Shown here one piece after another: positions 23,799 to 24,000 of a stretch of DNA of 24,000 nt (within the stretch, counting starts at the first letter, position 1; each line of letters begins with the position of its first letter). The DNA is from an uncultured beta proteobacterium (GTDB lineage: Bacteria; Pseudomonadota; Gammaproteobacteria; Burkholderiales; Casimicrobiaceae): assembly GCA_963728935.1 (NCBI GenBank), contig CAVSMC010000001.1, positions 3,121,591-3,145,590 of the forward strand. Reading direction: 5' to 3'. The position numbers and the translations under genes were made by a program. The notes below the pieces were generated by a model. The model saw only the letters and a program-made list of their open reading frames with translations, ran no database searches and was not told the origin of the DNA.

Positions 23799-24000
23799 CT
23801 ATGCGCGTTGCGCCGATTCGAGCATTTCTCGCGTCGCGCGCAACCCCGATTCGAGCGCGCCCTGCATCCATGAATGCGTGAGCGACGCGTGCTCGCCGGC
23901 GAAATGGACGCGGCCCTCCGGTGCGACGATCGTTGCCTGCATTTCGCTGTGCTGGCCGGGCAGGAACAGCGTAAACGCGCCGCTCGACCAAGGGTGGTTG
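23799..24000 (-). CDS. flavin-containing amine oxidase family protein, C-terminal fragment (gene starts right of the window)
   Basis: My own minus-strand translation reads NHPWSSGAFTLFLPGQHSEMQATIVAPEGRVHFAGEHASLTHSWMQGALESGLRATREMLESAQRA*. It parallels the C-terminus of the 22185..23783 product (VHFAGEH..S..GA.ESG). Its stop lies 15 nt before that gene's start. Confidence 0.75.
   Translation of the reverse strand, partial: NHPWSSGAFTLFLPGQHSEMQATIVAPEGRVHFAGEHASLTHSWMQGALESGLRATREMLESAQRA

Overview
This is a high-GC chromosome segment: hand-counted 60-nt lines in typical genes give about 60-72% GC. It carries GC-rich REP-type hairpin repeats of the kind I associate with Burkholderia, and that organism call is inference only. 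I support 21 protein-coding genes, two of them partial at the window edges. I found no rRNA, tRNA, CRISPR array, transposase or integrase.

Layout from left to right:
- A head-to-head pair: an LLM flavin oxidoreductase (partial) and an AurF-like diiron oxygenase.
- A sulfur-flavoured divergon. On the minus strand are a secreted unknown protein, a DsrE-like protein and a FadL-family porin. On the plus strand are a CsoR/RcnR-family regulator translationally coupled to a Tat-less Mo-bisPGD, 4x[4Fe-4S] and membrane-anchor trio that looks like SoeABC sulfite dehydrogenase. CsoR-type operator-like palindromes sit in front of both arms.
- A CBS-pair protein, CreD, a PQQ-dependent sugar dehydrogenase lipoprotein, and a class I fructose-bisphosphate aldolase.
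- The main hunting result, at 14583-20742: a tight co-directional four-gene cluster made only of hydrolases. It encodes an orphan alpha/beta-hydrolase (GHSKG), a signal-less subtilase (S8), a roughly 77-aa protein paralogous to the subtilase's own I9-like prodomain, and an 889-aa patatin-like phospholipase. In the patatin, the Ser and Asp of the catalytic dyad are separated by a polytopic membrane block of about 8 helices. I cannot map this combination to any named system. I propose it as a candidate protease-gated membrane phospholipase conflict or defence module.
- Right end: a lower-GC patch with a His-rich mini-protein, about 520 bp of structured non-coding DNA and a small alpha+beta protein, then two tandem flavin amine oxidases, one with a Tat signal.

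Many long antisense or out-of-frame ORFs in the track are high-GC artefacts and are rejected.
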